64,000 nucleotides of DNA, from IMG/VR virus record IMGVR_UViG_3300034196_000019, positions 1 to 64,000 of that record. One strand, 5' to 3'. Made by a program: the position numbers and the translations under genes. The notes under the pieces were generated by a model that saw nothing but the letters and a program-made list of their open reading frames with translations, did no database searches and was not told where the DNA came from. Every line of letters starts with the position of its first letter. Positions within the stretch are counted from its first letter, which is position 1. The stretch is from a virus. Below are positions 52,770 to 63,772 of this stretch, one piece after another.

Positions 52770-53684
52770 CTACAGATTTTCATGGTCTAAATTTGCTCTG
52801 ACGTATCTTAAGAAATAGCGCTTAACGCTTGTTTCATTAATGCCAAGCTCTCTGGAAACCTCCATAAAGCCTCCGCCTTGCAGTATACGCTTAGTTACTT
52901 GAACTTCAAGCTCTTCTTTTGTTTGTCCTCGCCTCTGAGCTACGAGAAAGCTTTTCCTATACACCTGATCGTAGTCTCCAATATACAGACAGATAGTTGG
53001 TAATTCAAGCCCTTTCATCTCAGCAATTTTTCTAGCTGAAACGCCTTCTGCAATTAACAGTCGAATTTCTCTTGTTAATTCTAGGTTATCTTTATCGTAT
53101 TCAGCTTTACATTTTGCAAGATTATGCCCTGAGATATACCAATATGGAGCGTGTCTCTCCCAGCCAATTTCTCTTGCAATCTGAGCACTGCTCTTACCTA
53201 AAAGTATTTCTGAATGGATAAAAAGACAGAATTCCCCGAAGTTTTTATATCCAAATCTTTTTGCTGTATTGTGTCTTTTATTTAAAGAGGATACAGCTTT
53301 ACCATATCCAACAATAGTTTCACCATACATATTATAGGCGGCTGTTTGATCCACCATATGCCCGCCTATAAGAGCCTAAGAAATATTGTAGTATTCAGGT
53401 GATTCAACAGCGTTTAAACTAACGATCCATTTGTTTTCAGTTTCCAATAAAAGCTTCTTGTCAGGAACTTCTTCGAGGATTTTTGCAGAAAGTCTGGCGC
53501 CTTTAGCCATATCGTCTTTCATTAAGGGGCAAGAACTACTTCCATAATAAGGTAATCCAGTTTTAGCTGAAACAATTCGATCAATACCACGTATGTTCTC
53601 AATAAAACATTCAGCCTTAGATCCAACGTAAAACCGTCTACCCTCTGTTTTATCTAAATTGGTTAGCAAATAAATTATATTCAA
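52770..53684 (-). pseudogene. GIY-YIG (Seg-like) endonuclease with HTH repeats, split by in-frame TAG (53376-53378)
   Basis: IIYLLTN...FYVGS, YYGSS; YYNIS*ALIGGHMVDQ continues in frame. Confidence 0.7.
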
Positions 53685-53707
53685 TATTTCTCCCTATTAA
53701 TTAAATT

Positions 53708-55375
53708 CTAAAATTGTGATACATCGTCTTCTTGAAGTAGCACCTCCCACGACACATCATCTACTGTGAATGAGTCAGCTACACCAAGATAACTCCATGG
53801 GCGGTTCTTCAATACTGTCAATCTTACACGACCACGGCTTCGGTCTGGTAGTATTTCCGGCTCTAGACCAATAATAATAAAGCTCAATTGTTCCAAGGCA
53901 GCACTGCCCCGCATCATCTCCTTTGTCACCATTACCCAATAGGGCTTAGGCTCTTCTCCATCCTTGAGTTTAGGCGGCTTGAATTGCTCTGCTGCACTGC
54001 GGTTGATATGGCTCACTGCAATAATACACACATCATTGGCTGCACAGAATGCTGCAAGCTCTGTCATCACCATATCAAGCTCTTTACGCTCATCAGCAAC
54101 ATTACTGCCTGAGATAACCAAGCTTAAGTGATCTAGGAGAATAAAGCTACAACCTTCTACCAAGTGCATGTGTTTAATTTTAGCCATAAGCTCTGTGATT
54201 GGCAGGCTACCGAAGTGACCTAGCATAACAAGACCATCATTGTCAATAATATCTTGACGTGCTTGTTCAATCTTCTCTCGTGTGCTCACTTTAAGCGGAT
54301 TATTCTTAAATTCAAGATAGTTCACTTTAAGCTTTGCTGCAATCAGGCGCTGCATTGTCTCCTTATTTGTTTCCTCAAGATAGATCATGCCTAGCTTCTC
54401 GCCTGCTTCCATAAACGCAGATGCGAAGATACTTGTTACTGTACTTTTCCCTACGCCACTGGGGCTTGTAAGCAAGACTAGTTCTCGCAAACGAAAACCG
54501 TGAAGCTTATCCATGAGTTTAGGGAAGCTTGGAACATATACACCCTCTGGGCGAGGTTCAAGCAACTCATCTAGAGAGATATCTACAGCCTTAACGATCT
54601 TCTCTGAAGAATATGGGCGGCGACCAAACTGAATAAGTTTAGCTAGCTCATTAGACTTACCAGCTTGCAAGAAGTCGCTTGCATCCTTAAAGCCATCCTC
54701 TGGAGTTACAGTAAACAAAGACTGACCATTGCCTACCAAAGCACTTGCAATAGCTTCACGGGCCTCGTGGCCCTTCATAATCCCTTTCTTAAGCTCTGCT
54801 GGTGTACAGTGGTCATCGTCCATAAAGATGGTCAGAGCATCATAAGACAGAATGTAATCATTGTTATGCAGAATGCTCTCTACTGCGTTAGCTGTACCAA
54901 GAGGAATACTAGCTACTAGGGGTTCAATACCTTCAAACTTCGTCCCTTTAACAGAACCTACTGCGGCCTGGAAAACTGCTAGGCAGTCGTGCTGACCCTC
55001 GGTGAGAATAAGATTGCTACGCTTACGATTCTGTTTTTCTGCAATAGACTGACCAAATAGCTTGTTACTGATGCTAACAGAGCCAACTACACTCCAATGA
55101 TATTTCTCTTCCTTAGATTTAGTAAGGTCTTGCTTCGTATATCCTGTAACTTTATCTTTCTGATTGTATGACGGAAAGTATACGGCAATCGGCGTGCTAC
55201 CGTCCTTTGGGTCTACTGCCACCTTTACACCAAAGCGCTCAAGAGTTTCCTTGCGGATGCCGCGCTCTGGTAGATCTCTTGCCCCGTATGTTTCAATCTC
55301 TTTAATCGTTTCTTTAGGCTGAAAATCTTGCATTACTTCCCCCTGCTTACCAAATTTCTTACGTTCATAGCCCAC
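53708..55375 (-). CDS. Primase-helicase (T7 gp4-like)
   Basis: TOPRIM TEGQHD and MDDD; SPSGVGKST, LLDHL, VSHINR, RGSAALEQ, LKNR. Confidence 0.92.
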   Translation of the reverse strand: MGYERKKFGKQGEVMQDFQPKETIKEIETYGARDLPERGIRKETLERFGVKVAVDPKDGSTPIAVYFPSYNQKDKVTGYTKQDLTKSKEEKYHWSVVGSVSISNKLFGQSIAEKQNRKRSNLILTEGQHDCLAVFQAAVGSVKGTKFEGIEPLVASIPLGTANAVESILHNNDYILSYDALTIFMDDDHCTPAELKKGIMKGHEAREAIASALVGNGQSLFTVTPEDGFKDASDFLQAGKSNELAKLIQFGRRPYSSEKIVKAVDISLDELLEPRPEGVYVPSFPKLMDKLHGFRLRELVLLTSPSGVGKSTVTSIFASAFMEAGEKLGMIYLEETNKETMQRLIAAKLKVNYLEFKNNPLKVSTREKIEQARQDIIDNDGLVMLGHFGSLPITELMAKIKHMHLVEGCSFILLDHLSLVISGSNVADERKELDMVMTELAAFCAANDVCIIAVSHINRSAAEQFKPPKLKDGEEPKPYWVMVTKEMMRGSAALEQLSFIIIGLEPEILPDRSRGRVRLTVLKNRPWSYLGVADSFTVDDVSWEVLLQEDDVSQF

Positions 55376-55559
55376 AAGATTCTCCTCTTGAATTATTTAC
55401 TAGTGGAAAACATCTTTTCTAGGATTTCGCACCAGTCCGGTTTGTTTTCTTCTTCGTACTTAAATTTGAATTTAATTGCATCGTCTTCAGAAAGAAATAT
55501 ACCCTTTGTATTATCAGGGCTGGGATAATAGTTATACCAAGCATTTACTAGATAGACTT

Positions 55560-57573
55560 TCATGATTTACTCCCCTTAAATTCCATAGCGGCCACCCAAA
55601 TACGATAAGCATTCTTTGGAGTATCCCACTTATACTCTCCATCTTCCATAATTACAAGGTCATAATGCTGACGTTTGCGACGTAGGAAGAAAGCATATTC
55701 TTCGTTGTACCATTCTTGGAAGCTGGCCCTATGCGGGTGATTCTTGTCAAGAATATTCTCAGAATTTCCAGAATGGTTTGCTTGGCTCTGTGTCTGATTT
55801 AGCTGGCTCATGCTTTACACTCATTTTAGGTTGCTGTGCGATACAACGATTGTACATCTCTACAGCAAACTTTTCAATCATTGTATCCTGATTATTTTCA
55901 AGACTCATTTTAGGCCATGTGTAAGCCTCACGAATCTGAGAAATATTCTGATCTGTATCACCAAATTTCTCTAGCATCATGGGAAGAGGAATCCCACGCT
56001 GATAGCCAAGCATATTACTCTTACCAAGCTCATAATCAATGAGACAATCGTATTGTTTACTAGGGTTTTCATGCTCTGGAGACGCGCTAGCCTCTTTCTT
56101 AGGCAGACATACTGCTAGCACCACAAGCACGCTAAACAGTAGGATAAATCGTGGGGAATAGGTCATTTTGATTGCTCCTGTTCTGCTAGCCATTCAACCA
56201 TCCAGCCGATCAGTTGTTTTGCATCTTCCGCATCTAGCTCTGCTGTAGCACAATCAATACGGAAGAAACCTGGATCATCTGGTGTATCGTAGATACGAAT
56301 TTGTTCTTCAAATCCAAATGGAATTACTAAGTCTTTCATTTCGTTTCTCCTTTAATTTCATTAAGAGCTTTCTGCTCTGTGTTTGGTACGCTCTCTTGAG
56401 CGGGTATAGCCACAATAATACACTTCTGATCCCGTGGCAAGCTCTTTTCGCAAATATTTAACGCATTTAGTGTCTGTGTGTCCCTCTCTGGTACACCAGC
56501 TAGAAAGAGAATAGCAAGAATAATAAGCATCGTAGCCAGTCCACCAGTAATAAAATCATTCATCTCATTCTCCTCGTACACGGGACTCCATCCAGGCATC
56601 CTCAATTTGTTCTTCAAGACTGAGAATCTGTAATTTCAAATCACGTACATAGTCTTCAGAATAGAGCTTTGTTCCATGCTGTACTTTCTCGTTGATAATT
56701 GCTGTAGTTAGGAATGCTCTTTGAAGGAGTAATCCTACTATATTTTCTGGCTTGCGTTGTACAACACCAACAACGTCTTCATCGTATTCGTTCATTATCT
56801 ATTCTCCTTAGTCTGGTTTGATAGGAAGTGGCATCCAATGTGAAACTATAGGACGATTACAAAACCCCGGACCATCTGCAACAGTTTCAACAAATTGACA
56901 ATGATCCTCAATGTTTAACCAAAAACCACCATTCTCATAAAAACAATCACCCTGCCATTGATCAATCTCAATTGTAAATTCTTCATCGCCAGCATACAAG
57001 ACATAAATTAAGCAGTCTTTATTATTCTGTGGCTTGATCTCTTCCGTCTTGAACCAAATCATTTGCAGTAAGCCTCTTTCAGATACTTCGCAATTTCATA
57101 TGTGAAGACACGGATATTGTCCTCTTTTAGCCAGCGCTCTGTACCAATAACTTTATCATTACGCTGATAACAAACAAGCCCATGTGTACGTCCAACATCA
57201 TGACCAATTGTGTATGAATCTTCTTCAAGACTATTGATCACTTGTTCAAACTCTTGCTGTGTGCATGCGAGGTAGTTCATTTTGAAGCCTCTATGTAGTC
57301 AAATAATGAAGAGTACGTAGGACGTTCCCATATGCAATTACACATAGCCTTGATATCCAGCATTTCAGAGATATTTACTGGGGAAAACACCCGGATAATA
57401 TCGGACTCTGGTCTGCTGCCAAAGAGGTCTTCATTTAGCTTTGTGCTATTGTAGCACCCATTAGAGAATAGCATAACATCAAAGCGGGTGTCTTTTAGCA
57501 CAATGTAGACAACACCTGAGCGTAGTTCTACACGATCACCACTTTTAAGGTCTGACTTAGTAAATCTTTTCAT
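55560..57573 (-). other. Small hypothetical genes (55560-55811, 55759-56166, 56336-56563, 56565-56795, 56808-57062 DUF551-like, 57059-57280, 57277-57573)
   Basis: Coupled ORFs; SHWMPLP in 56808-57062. Confidence 0.65.
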
Positions 57574-57858
57574 TTGTAATTGTCCTGTTCAGAAAGAGCA
57601 TCTAGTACAAAGTTCTCAACTTGTTTCCAAGCCTCAAAGAAATACACATCTTCTTGGTTGATCACTTCTTGTATATAAGCTAGCATATCTTTTTGTGCTT
57701 GATTCATTTCACCAACTCCGGTTTTTCACGCTTAGAGCCCCAAGATACATCAATTGGCTTTTCTCTGCAAGTCTATTCTCAGAATTTATTCATATGCTCT
57801 GGTTTGTTTGATGAGCTTATTCTAGGGCAAAAGAAAAGCCCCGTCAAGGGGCTATGAT

Positions 57859-58452
57859 TTATTTTGTCCAAGGGTACGAAGGAATAAACCTAAAAATCTT
57901 AGCTTCATCAGCTAAGTATGTTCTAGTGAAACAACACTGAATATCTTGCATTTTATCTTCAATTTCAAGATAGTCAAATTGATCAGGCTTGAACCATTCC
58001 CCTTCTAGTCTTCCATCGGAAAATCTTTTGTGCAAGAAATTCTCAACCATTCATGAGTTTTTGTTAAGTTCCCAGAATGCAAGAACAATTACAAGTACAC
58101 CGGCAGCATTCGAAAGAGTCTTAGCCCTATTGATTGGGTCTTTACTGATACCAATTTTAAGCATGCCAGATGGATTCTTCATCAAATATAGGTACTGATC
58201 ATTTGTTACTCCGTATTTTACAGCCCTTTGTTCTTTATCAATCATTTTCTTTCTTACACGTCTTTGCTGTTTGCTAGGCTTCCCAGAGTGACTGCTAAGT
58301 ATTTCAAGCATATTATCTGTAATCTCAAAGTCAGAGTATCTTTTCTTCCAACCCTTACTTAGATCATCAAATCCAAAGATGTATGCCTCAAGTTTTGTTA
58401 CTGCACTCCTTCTATATTCTGTAAGATATTCACTATATTTCATTTTATCCAC
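57859..58452 (-). pseudogene. GIY-YIG (T5orf172-type) nuclease split by in-frame TGA (58051-58053)
   Basis: LYLM...LKIGISKDPINR; KNS*MVENFLHKRF...EGEWF is in one frame. Confidence 0.75.
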
Positions 58453-59183
58453 CCTTGACTCTCAACAAAATCAAGGAATACTTCATTGTCTGTAGGTTCT
58501 GGATAGAATGACTGAGACTCATATCTTTTGTCGAATTTAGGGATAGGCAGATCACATAGCCCATACTCAATTGTATCTGTTACATTTCGCGTATTCTCCA
58601 GAAGAGATTCCACAGGCTCTGAGCTATAACCTCGGATTGCCACCTTCAAGATATGTTCACGAGCCGCGTAGGCTTGCTTTACACGCTCAGTAGTACCAAA
58701 CGGAGCACCGAAGTTATTCATAAACTCTTCCACAGAATTGTCAATGTATTCTTGCAAGTTAAGAGCTAAAGACTCAATACCCACACGGCTGGCTGTAGGG
58801 TTAGAGATATCAACCCAATCAGGAATAAATACAGCCACTTGGCCGTCCTCTGTTAGCTCTTTGCAGCGATCACGGATACGTTGTCTAGTATTTGCATTAA
58901 AGACAGACTCATAGACACCTTTTGACGTATTCCAGATAACACCATAATGCTTGTGTAGAATCTCACGCATTTCCCACTCCTTGCATCCTTGTGGTCTGAT
59001 ACACAAAGGAAACACATCAGCCACACTCTTGTCAAATGCTGAAATAAGAGGTTTGCCTGTCTTCTCTACGTCTTTCATGTGAGTCCTCACAAAACGATCA
59101 GGATATCCTGTCATGCTGATAATCTTAGCACGACTGTAGCCTTGTGTGCGTAAATCTTTTACCTTCTGAATTCTGTCTTGCAT
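58440..59183 (-). CDS. N-terminal HTH DNA-binding protein
   Basis: LRTQGYSRAKIISMTGYPDRFVR. Confidence 0.65.
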   Translation of the reverse strand: MQDRIQKVKDLRTQGYSRAKIISMTGYPDRFVRTHMKDVEKTGKPLISAFDKSVADVFPLCIRPQGCKEWEMREILHKHYGVIWNTSKGVYESVFNANTRQRIRDRCKELTEDGQVAVFIPDWVDISNPTASRVGIESLALNLQEYIDNSVEEFMNNFGAPFGTTERVKQAYAAREHILKVAIRGYSSEPVESLLENTRNVTDTIEYGLCDLPIPKFDKRYESQSFYPEPTDNEVFLDFVESQGWIK

Positions 59184-59224
59184 GAGAATTATTCTCCATA
59201 AGTGTACTATTCTGAACGATGTTC

Positions 59225-59303
59225 AGTGTACAAGCCTCTGTACCAGAATGTCAAGCTGTCTTATTGAAATTAACACAAATCTTGGTACAAAAGCTCTGTA
59301 CCA
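59225..59303 (-). promoter_or_regulatory. Promoter with overlapping operator-like repeats
   Basis: TTGACA-18-TACACT (59254-59225); GTACAA-N3/4-CTCTGTACCAG twice. Confidence 0.6.
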
Positions 59304-59685
59304 GTCCGCGACATCCATATTATATATCCTTGGTACGGGACGCACCTGCGGATACTAAAACCAACACAGATATTCCTGACGGAATGCCATAAAATAAAAT
59401 ACAGTCAACACAAATCCAAGCTCTCGCTTATGACCTTGATCTATATTCTGTGTAAACACACAGGAAGTAATTACTCTTATAATACAGATCAAGAGCAACA
59501 TCAAGATCTTTTTGTATTTGTGTTTGATTTTTATCTGTACAGCGTACAGCCTTATATTTTGTGTTGTCCGTAAGGACGCTTGAGTGTTCATGTGCAATGC
59601 ACATAATATACACTATTCATTGCTACGCAATAGGCATACAGCAAGATTCTCCTCATACAAACCATTTCCTTTTGTAACACTCCTA

Positions 59686-59715
59686 TTTACAAAGCAAGCT
59701 ATGTAATGCTATACT
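59686..59715 (+). promoter_or_regulatory. Promoter for fibre operon
   Basis: TTTACA, 18-bp spacer ending TGC, TATACT. Confidence 0.6.
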
Positions 59716-59781
59716 GACTATTGAACACAATCAACATTTACAATAATAATTCCCTACAAATCAAAAGGATAAAACAATAAG

Positions 59782-60384
59782 ATGAGTGTATCTAGAGACC
59801 AATTAGCAACATATTTCTCCAGGGTGGGGAGTGGCTGGGGGATTACAAGTACGGGAGTACTGGATAGTCTACTGGAACCAGGGATAGCACAAGGGAATCC
59901 AGATACATTTGGTTGGTTCTCTTACGCTAACACAATGCCCACACAAACAATTCCAGGAAACGTGTGGACTACAATCATGAATGATGGGGCTGGTCCTATC
60001 TCTGATGCAAGGTTTCATCCAGACGGTGTAACACGGATGCTCGATCCCGCTACAGGACTAATTCTTCTTGATGAACTGGCTGATGGTGATGAGGTGTATA
60101 TTCGCCACATTGTTAACCTTATTCCTCTTTCTAATCTTGTGCAATACAACTTCAGCCATTATTTCCCTGGAGATCTTACACGTATTCCAGCGAGTACACG
60201 TACTACACTTTCCGAGGGAGGGGGTGTACCAACACAAAGATTCTTACTAGACACTCATGTTTTCATGGATAACATTGTCACCAGAACAAACGGGATGCAG
60301 CCACAAGTGTATGTATCAGCACCATCAGTTATTGAATACTCAGGATGCTATATTTCTGTTAGTCGTAGAGGAGTGAGAACTTAA
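59782..60384 (+). CDS. Putative virion structural protein
   Basis: Beta-rich 200 aa, TAATG-coupled to the fibre gene. Confidence 0.65.
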   Translation: MSVSRDQLATYFSRVGSGWGITSTGVLDSLLEPGIAQGNPDTFGWFSYANTMPTQTIPGNVWTTIMNDGAGPISDARFHPDGVTRMLDPATGLILLDELADGDEVYIRHIVNLIPLSNLVQYNFSHYFPGDLTRIPASTRTTLSEGGGVPTQRFLLDTHVFMDNIVTRTNGMQPQVYVSAPSVIEYSGCYISVSRRGVRT

Positions 60385-62936
60385 TGTATACATGTATTCC
60401 TGTAGAAGTGGGTGTTGATATTGCATTAAGCAGAGCATTCTTCTTTACCTTTAATTCTCTCACACACTACGCTATGGATCTTGGAAACAATCGTGTACGG
60501 ATTGGACGTAAGATTTCTGACCTTATTGAGATTGTAGAGACTCCAGTAAGTAGCTTTGTTGATGTAAATGGTGTGCCTGTTGCTAGCACATATACAGAGC
60601 TGAATAACTATTTCAATACTAAGAGTGGAAGTGTAAAGGCTGGTGAAGGGATTTCTGTAACTAACAACACAGTATCTGTCCTAGCCGGCGGCCCTAGTAC
60701 TCTTGGTGGGTACAAAGTTGGTACAGGCTTGATTGTAGATGGCAGTGGTAAGCTCTCTGCTAGTGCTGTCAGTGAAGTGACTAAAGTACTTGCTACAGAG
60801 GCTGAGATGCTAGCCTTGAGCACAGAGACTCTGCGACCCTATCGTATTATTCGACTAGACACTAAACGTGTTTATTATCTGAATGCTGGAGATAGTCCTG
60901 CTGTACTGAGTAATTGGTTCACTGGTCCATCTATTGAAACAACAGTACTTAGCTTTAAAGGTCGTACTGGTGTTCTTACATCAGAGTTTGGTGATTATAA
61001 CTTTGATCTTATTCCTCTCGTAGATAAGACTTCTCAAGACTCTTATAAACTTGTAATTGATCAGAATAAACTGTACGTTGAGAACATAGCCACTTCCACC
61101 CGTACTGAAGTGAGCTATGCTAGCTCTATGAGTGATCTTGGTGTACGTCTTACTTCTTTGGAAGATATCGTCTCTAGCCCATCTACTGGCCTTGTTCGTA
61201 AAGTAGGTGATAACCAAGATGCAATTGCTAGCCTGAACAATGCTATCAACAATACTACTACAGGATTGGCTAATCGTGTAGCATCTCTTGAGCAAGCTAC
61301 CCCATCCCCAGGCGCTGACTATGCTCCACAAATTGCAGCATTGCAAGCTAAGGATACTGAACAAGACGCTGTGATTTCTTCTGTGAATAGTAAAGCAGAT
61401 TCTGTTGCCTCAAATAATACAGTTCTTGATCAGCGCGTAACTGCACTTGAGAATATACCATCTGGTACAGATTACTCTACTCAGATTAGTGCTATTGAAA
61501 GCAAGAATACAACCCAAGATACTAGGCTTACATCAGCAGAAGCATCACTATTAAATAAGGCATCTCTAGTCTCTGGTAAAGTGCCATATGAACAGCTACC
61601 AGAATTTCCTGTAGGCAGGAAAGTGAATGTTGCAAACCAAGCTGCTAGGTTGGCACTATCTATGTATGCAGACCTTACTATTGCCTATCAGAGTGATACA
61701 GGAGATGCTTGGGGATTAGATGCTAATGCTAATCCGGCTATCTCTGCAAATTGGTCTAAACTTGGGAATGCTCAAGCTATTGGTGTAGCATCTTTCAATG
61801 GACGTACAGGCCAGATCGGTCCAATGTCTGGTGATTATGATGCAGGTAAAATCTCTGAGCTAGTGGATAAGCGTTTTGTAAGTTCTGATCAAATTACAGA
61901 CTGGAATTCTAGAGAGACAGTCTCTGGTTCTCAGACTAAGGCAAGTGCTGCACAAACAGCGGCTGTAGCTTCTGCTAAGACCTACGCTGATAGCACATTT
62001 ATCCCCATGAGTCAGAAGTCAACAGCAAATGGTGTAGCATCTCTAGGCTCAGATGGTAAAGTTCCAAGTGAGCAATTACCACCCTCTTCTCTTGTTACTA
62101 TCCCACTACTCTCCTATACGGACCGCACGTCTTTACGGGTGGCTACTACTTGGTATGTAAATAACAGCGCATATTTACGTAAGGTGCGTATTGAGGTGGC
62201 ATATGTTATTGGGCTTGGCGCCTCTTTCTTAACGATTAGAGACTCACAAGGCGCTAATATATCCATATTTAATAGCGTTAAAGTTGGCAGTAATATTATT
62301 AACTCACAGATTATTGAAGTGGATGTACCAGCCGGTTATTCATATCAATATACTAAAGGCGCAACAAACCCAGATCGTACAATTGTTCAGTGGTTGGAGG
62401 GGGATTTTACCGAAGGAAGCACATTTGTCCCTGCGTCTCAGAAAGGTATTGCTAATGGTGTAGCCCCTCTTGGAGCAGATAGCAAAGTTCCAGCAGCCAA
62501 CCTACCCACTCCTGTAGATATTAGCGGACTGATCCCTCTTGCACAAAAAGGTGCTGTGAGTGGTGTTGCTCCTTTGGGTACAAATAGCCGTGTACCTTCT
62601 GCTAACCTTCCAACATACCTACCACAAACCAAACGTATCTGGAGGGAGGTTAAAGGACAACGTGTTGTTGGCACCTATTACAAAAACTTATCCGGTAACG
62701 AACAGATTGTCCACGTTCGGCACAAAGCAACCACAACAACGGGTCGTTTCACTCAGATCGTCGTTCGTGCATCTTCGGTATCACAATGGTTTAGCTTTTC
62801 AACCCTGAGTCCTTCGTCTCTTGGCTCTCAAGAGGAGGTTATGGCATCTGTACCCGCAGATTGGGAATATGCTGTGACAAATCAAGGAGGAACCACGGAC
62901 ATCAGCTTGATTGACATTTGGTACGAAATGTACTGA
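60384..62936 (+). CDS. Tail/head fibre protein with coiled coil and repeated modules
   Basis: LGGYKVGTGL.VDG.GKLS, RVASLE heptads, SFNGRTG, three GVA.LG...VP...LP repeats, C-terminal TYYKN...VPA...WYE domain. Confidence 0.8.
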   Translation: MYTCIPVEVGVDIALSRAFFFTFNSLTHYAMDLGNNRVRIGRKISDLIEIVETPVSSFVDVNGVPVASTYTELNNYFNTKSGSVKAGEGISVTNNTVSVLAGGPSTLGGYKVGTGLIVDGSGKLSASAVSEVTKVLATEAEMLALSTETLRPYRIIRLDTKRVYYLNAGDSPAVLSNWFTGPSIETTVLSFKGRTGVLTSEFGDYNFDLIPLVDKTSQDSYKLVIDQNKLYVENIATSTRTEVSYASSMSDLGVRLTSLEDIVSSPSTGLVRKVGDNQDAIASLNNAINNTTTGLANRVASLEQATPSPGADYAPQIAALQAKDTEQDAVISSVNSKADSVASNNTVLDQRVTALENIPSGTDYSTQISAIESKNTTQDTRLTSAEASLLNKASLVSGKVPYEQLPEFPVGRKVNVANQAARLALSMYADLTIAYQSDTGDAWGLDANANPAISANWSKLGNAQAIGVASFNGRTGQIGPMSGDYDAGKISELVDKRFVSSDQITDWNSRETVSGSQTKASAAQTAAVASAKTYADSTFIPMSQKSTANGVASLGSDGKVPSEQLPPSSLVTIPLLSYTDRTSLRVATTWYVNNSAYLRKVRIEVAYVIGLGASFLTIRDSQGANISIFNSVKVGSNIINSQIIEVDVPAGYSYQYTKGATNPDRTIVQWLEGDFTEGSTFVPASQKGIANGVAPLGADSKVPAANLPTPVDISGLIPLAQKGAVSGVAPLGTNSRVPSANLPTYLPQTKRIWREVKGQRVVGTYYKNLSGNEQIVHVRHKATTTTGRFTQIVVRASSVSQWFSFSTLSPSSLGSQEEVMASVPADWEYAVTNQGGTTDISLIDIWYEMY

Positions 62937-62948
62937 TCCTCCCACATT

Positions 62949-62975
62949 AGCCCAGCATTCGCTGGGCTTTCTTTT
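62949..62975 (+). terminator. Intrinsic terminator
   Basis: AGCCCAGC-ATTC-GCTGGGCT followed by TTCTTTT. Confidence 0.85.
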
Positions 62976-62990
62976 GCTTAAAATAAATTC

Positions 62991-63018
62991 TTGACAGGAT
63001 AAATGAAGGTGGTAAGAT
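62991..63018 (+). promoter_or_regulatory. Sigma70 promoter
   Basis: TTGACA, 16-bp spacer ending TGG, TAAGAT. Confidence 0.7.
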
Positions 63019-63130
63019 TAGCTCCAGAAGCAAAGAAAGTCCTTTGTTTTAAGGCCCTAAAAGATGCGTAATCGTCGCCCCTGTGGGGTACAGTGGTTTT
63101 GAAATTTAAACAGTTTTTGAGGAGTAAAAC

Positions 63131-63772
63131 GTGAACAAACAATACGGTATTGATGCACGACACGAAGCTACTTCTGACTGTCTCTATGCAAAGAGCTTGG
63201 GAAGTACAGCTTTGAATGAATTCCTCTCAAGCTGGCTGGATGAAGGCTATGAAGATATCCATAATAAAGATATGGATTATTATCTTGCATTGAAAGAAAT
63301 CTCAGATAAGCTCAGCACACCAGAATGTCTTTTGGAGAATTGAAATGACTTATTATCTTATTGGTGTAGTACTATCTTTCATCCTTACAGCTCTCACACA
63401 AGTGCTTGACTATTGCTGTGGGGTTGATGTAGATAAGAAAGAAGCTTTTAACTGGTCTCTGATCCTTTCTATTTGTAGCTGGCTTACAGCAGGGCTTGCT
63501 TTATCCTACATTATCAGCTATTATCTCAGCCAGTTTAACTACCCTTGGAGAAATAAATGAACACTGAAAAACGATCTTGCAAACTAACTTCTGCTGGTAT
63601 TGAGAAATGGAGTGTCCATAACATCAAACCTGATCCAAGACAAGTATTCACTATAGAGTATCAAGCTAAAGACCAGTACTGGATCAAAGCATGGTGGGGA
63701 GAGTCTTGCATCCTCGGTTTAGATATGGTAAATGAAGTATTTTGGGATGAAGCTCTTGGAGAGTATGTATGA
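63131..63772 (+). other. Small hypothetical genes (63131-63343, 63345-63560, 63557-63772)
   Basis: GGAG RBSs; coupled ORFs. Confidence 0.65.

Noticed and set aside
60384-62936. Diversity-generating retroelement or shufflon acting on the fibre
   Set aside because: No reverse transcriptase, invertase or adenine-specific TR/VR pair is seen; repeats are direct and diverged.
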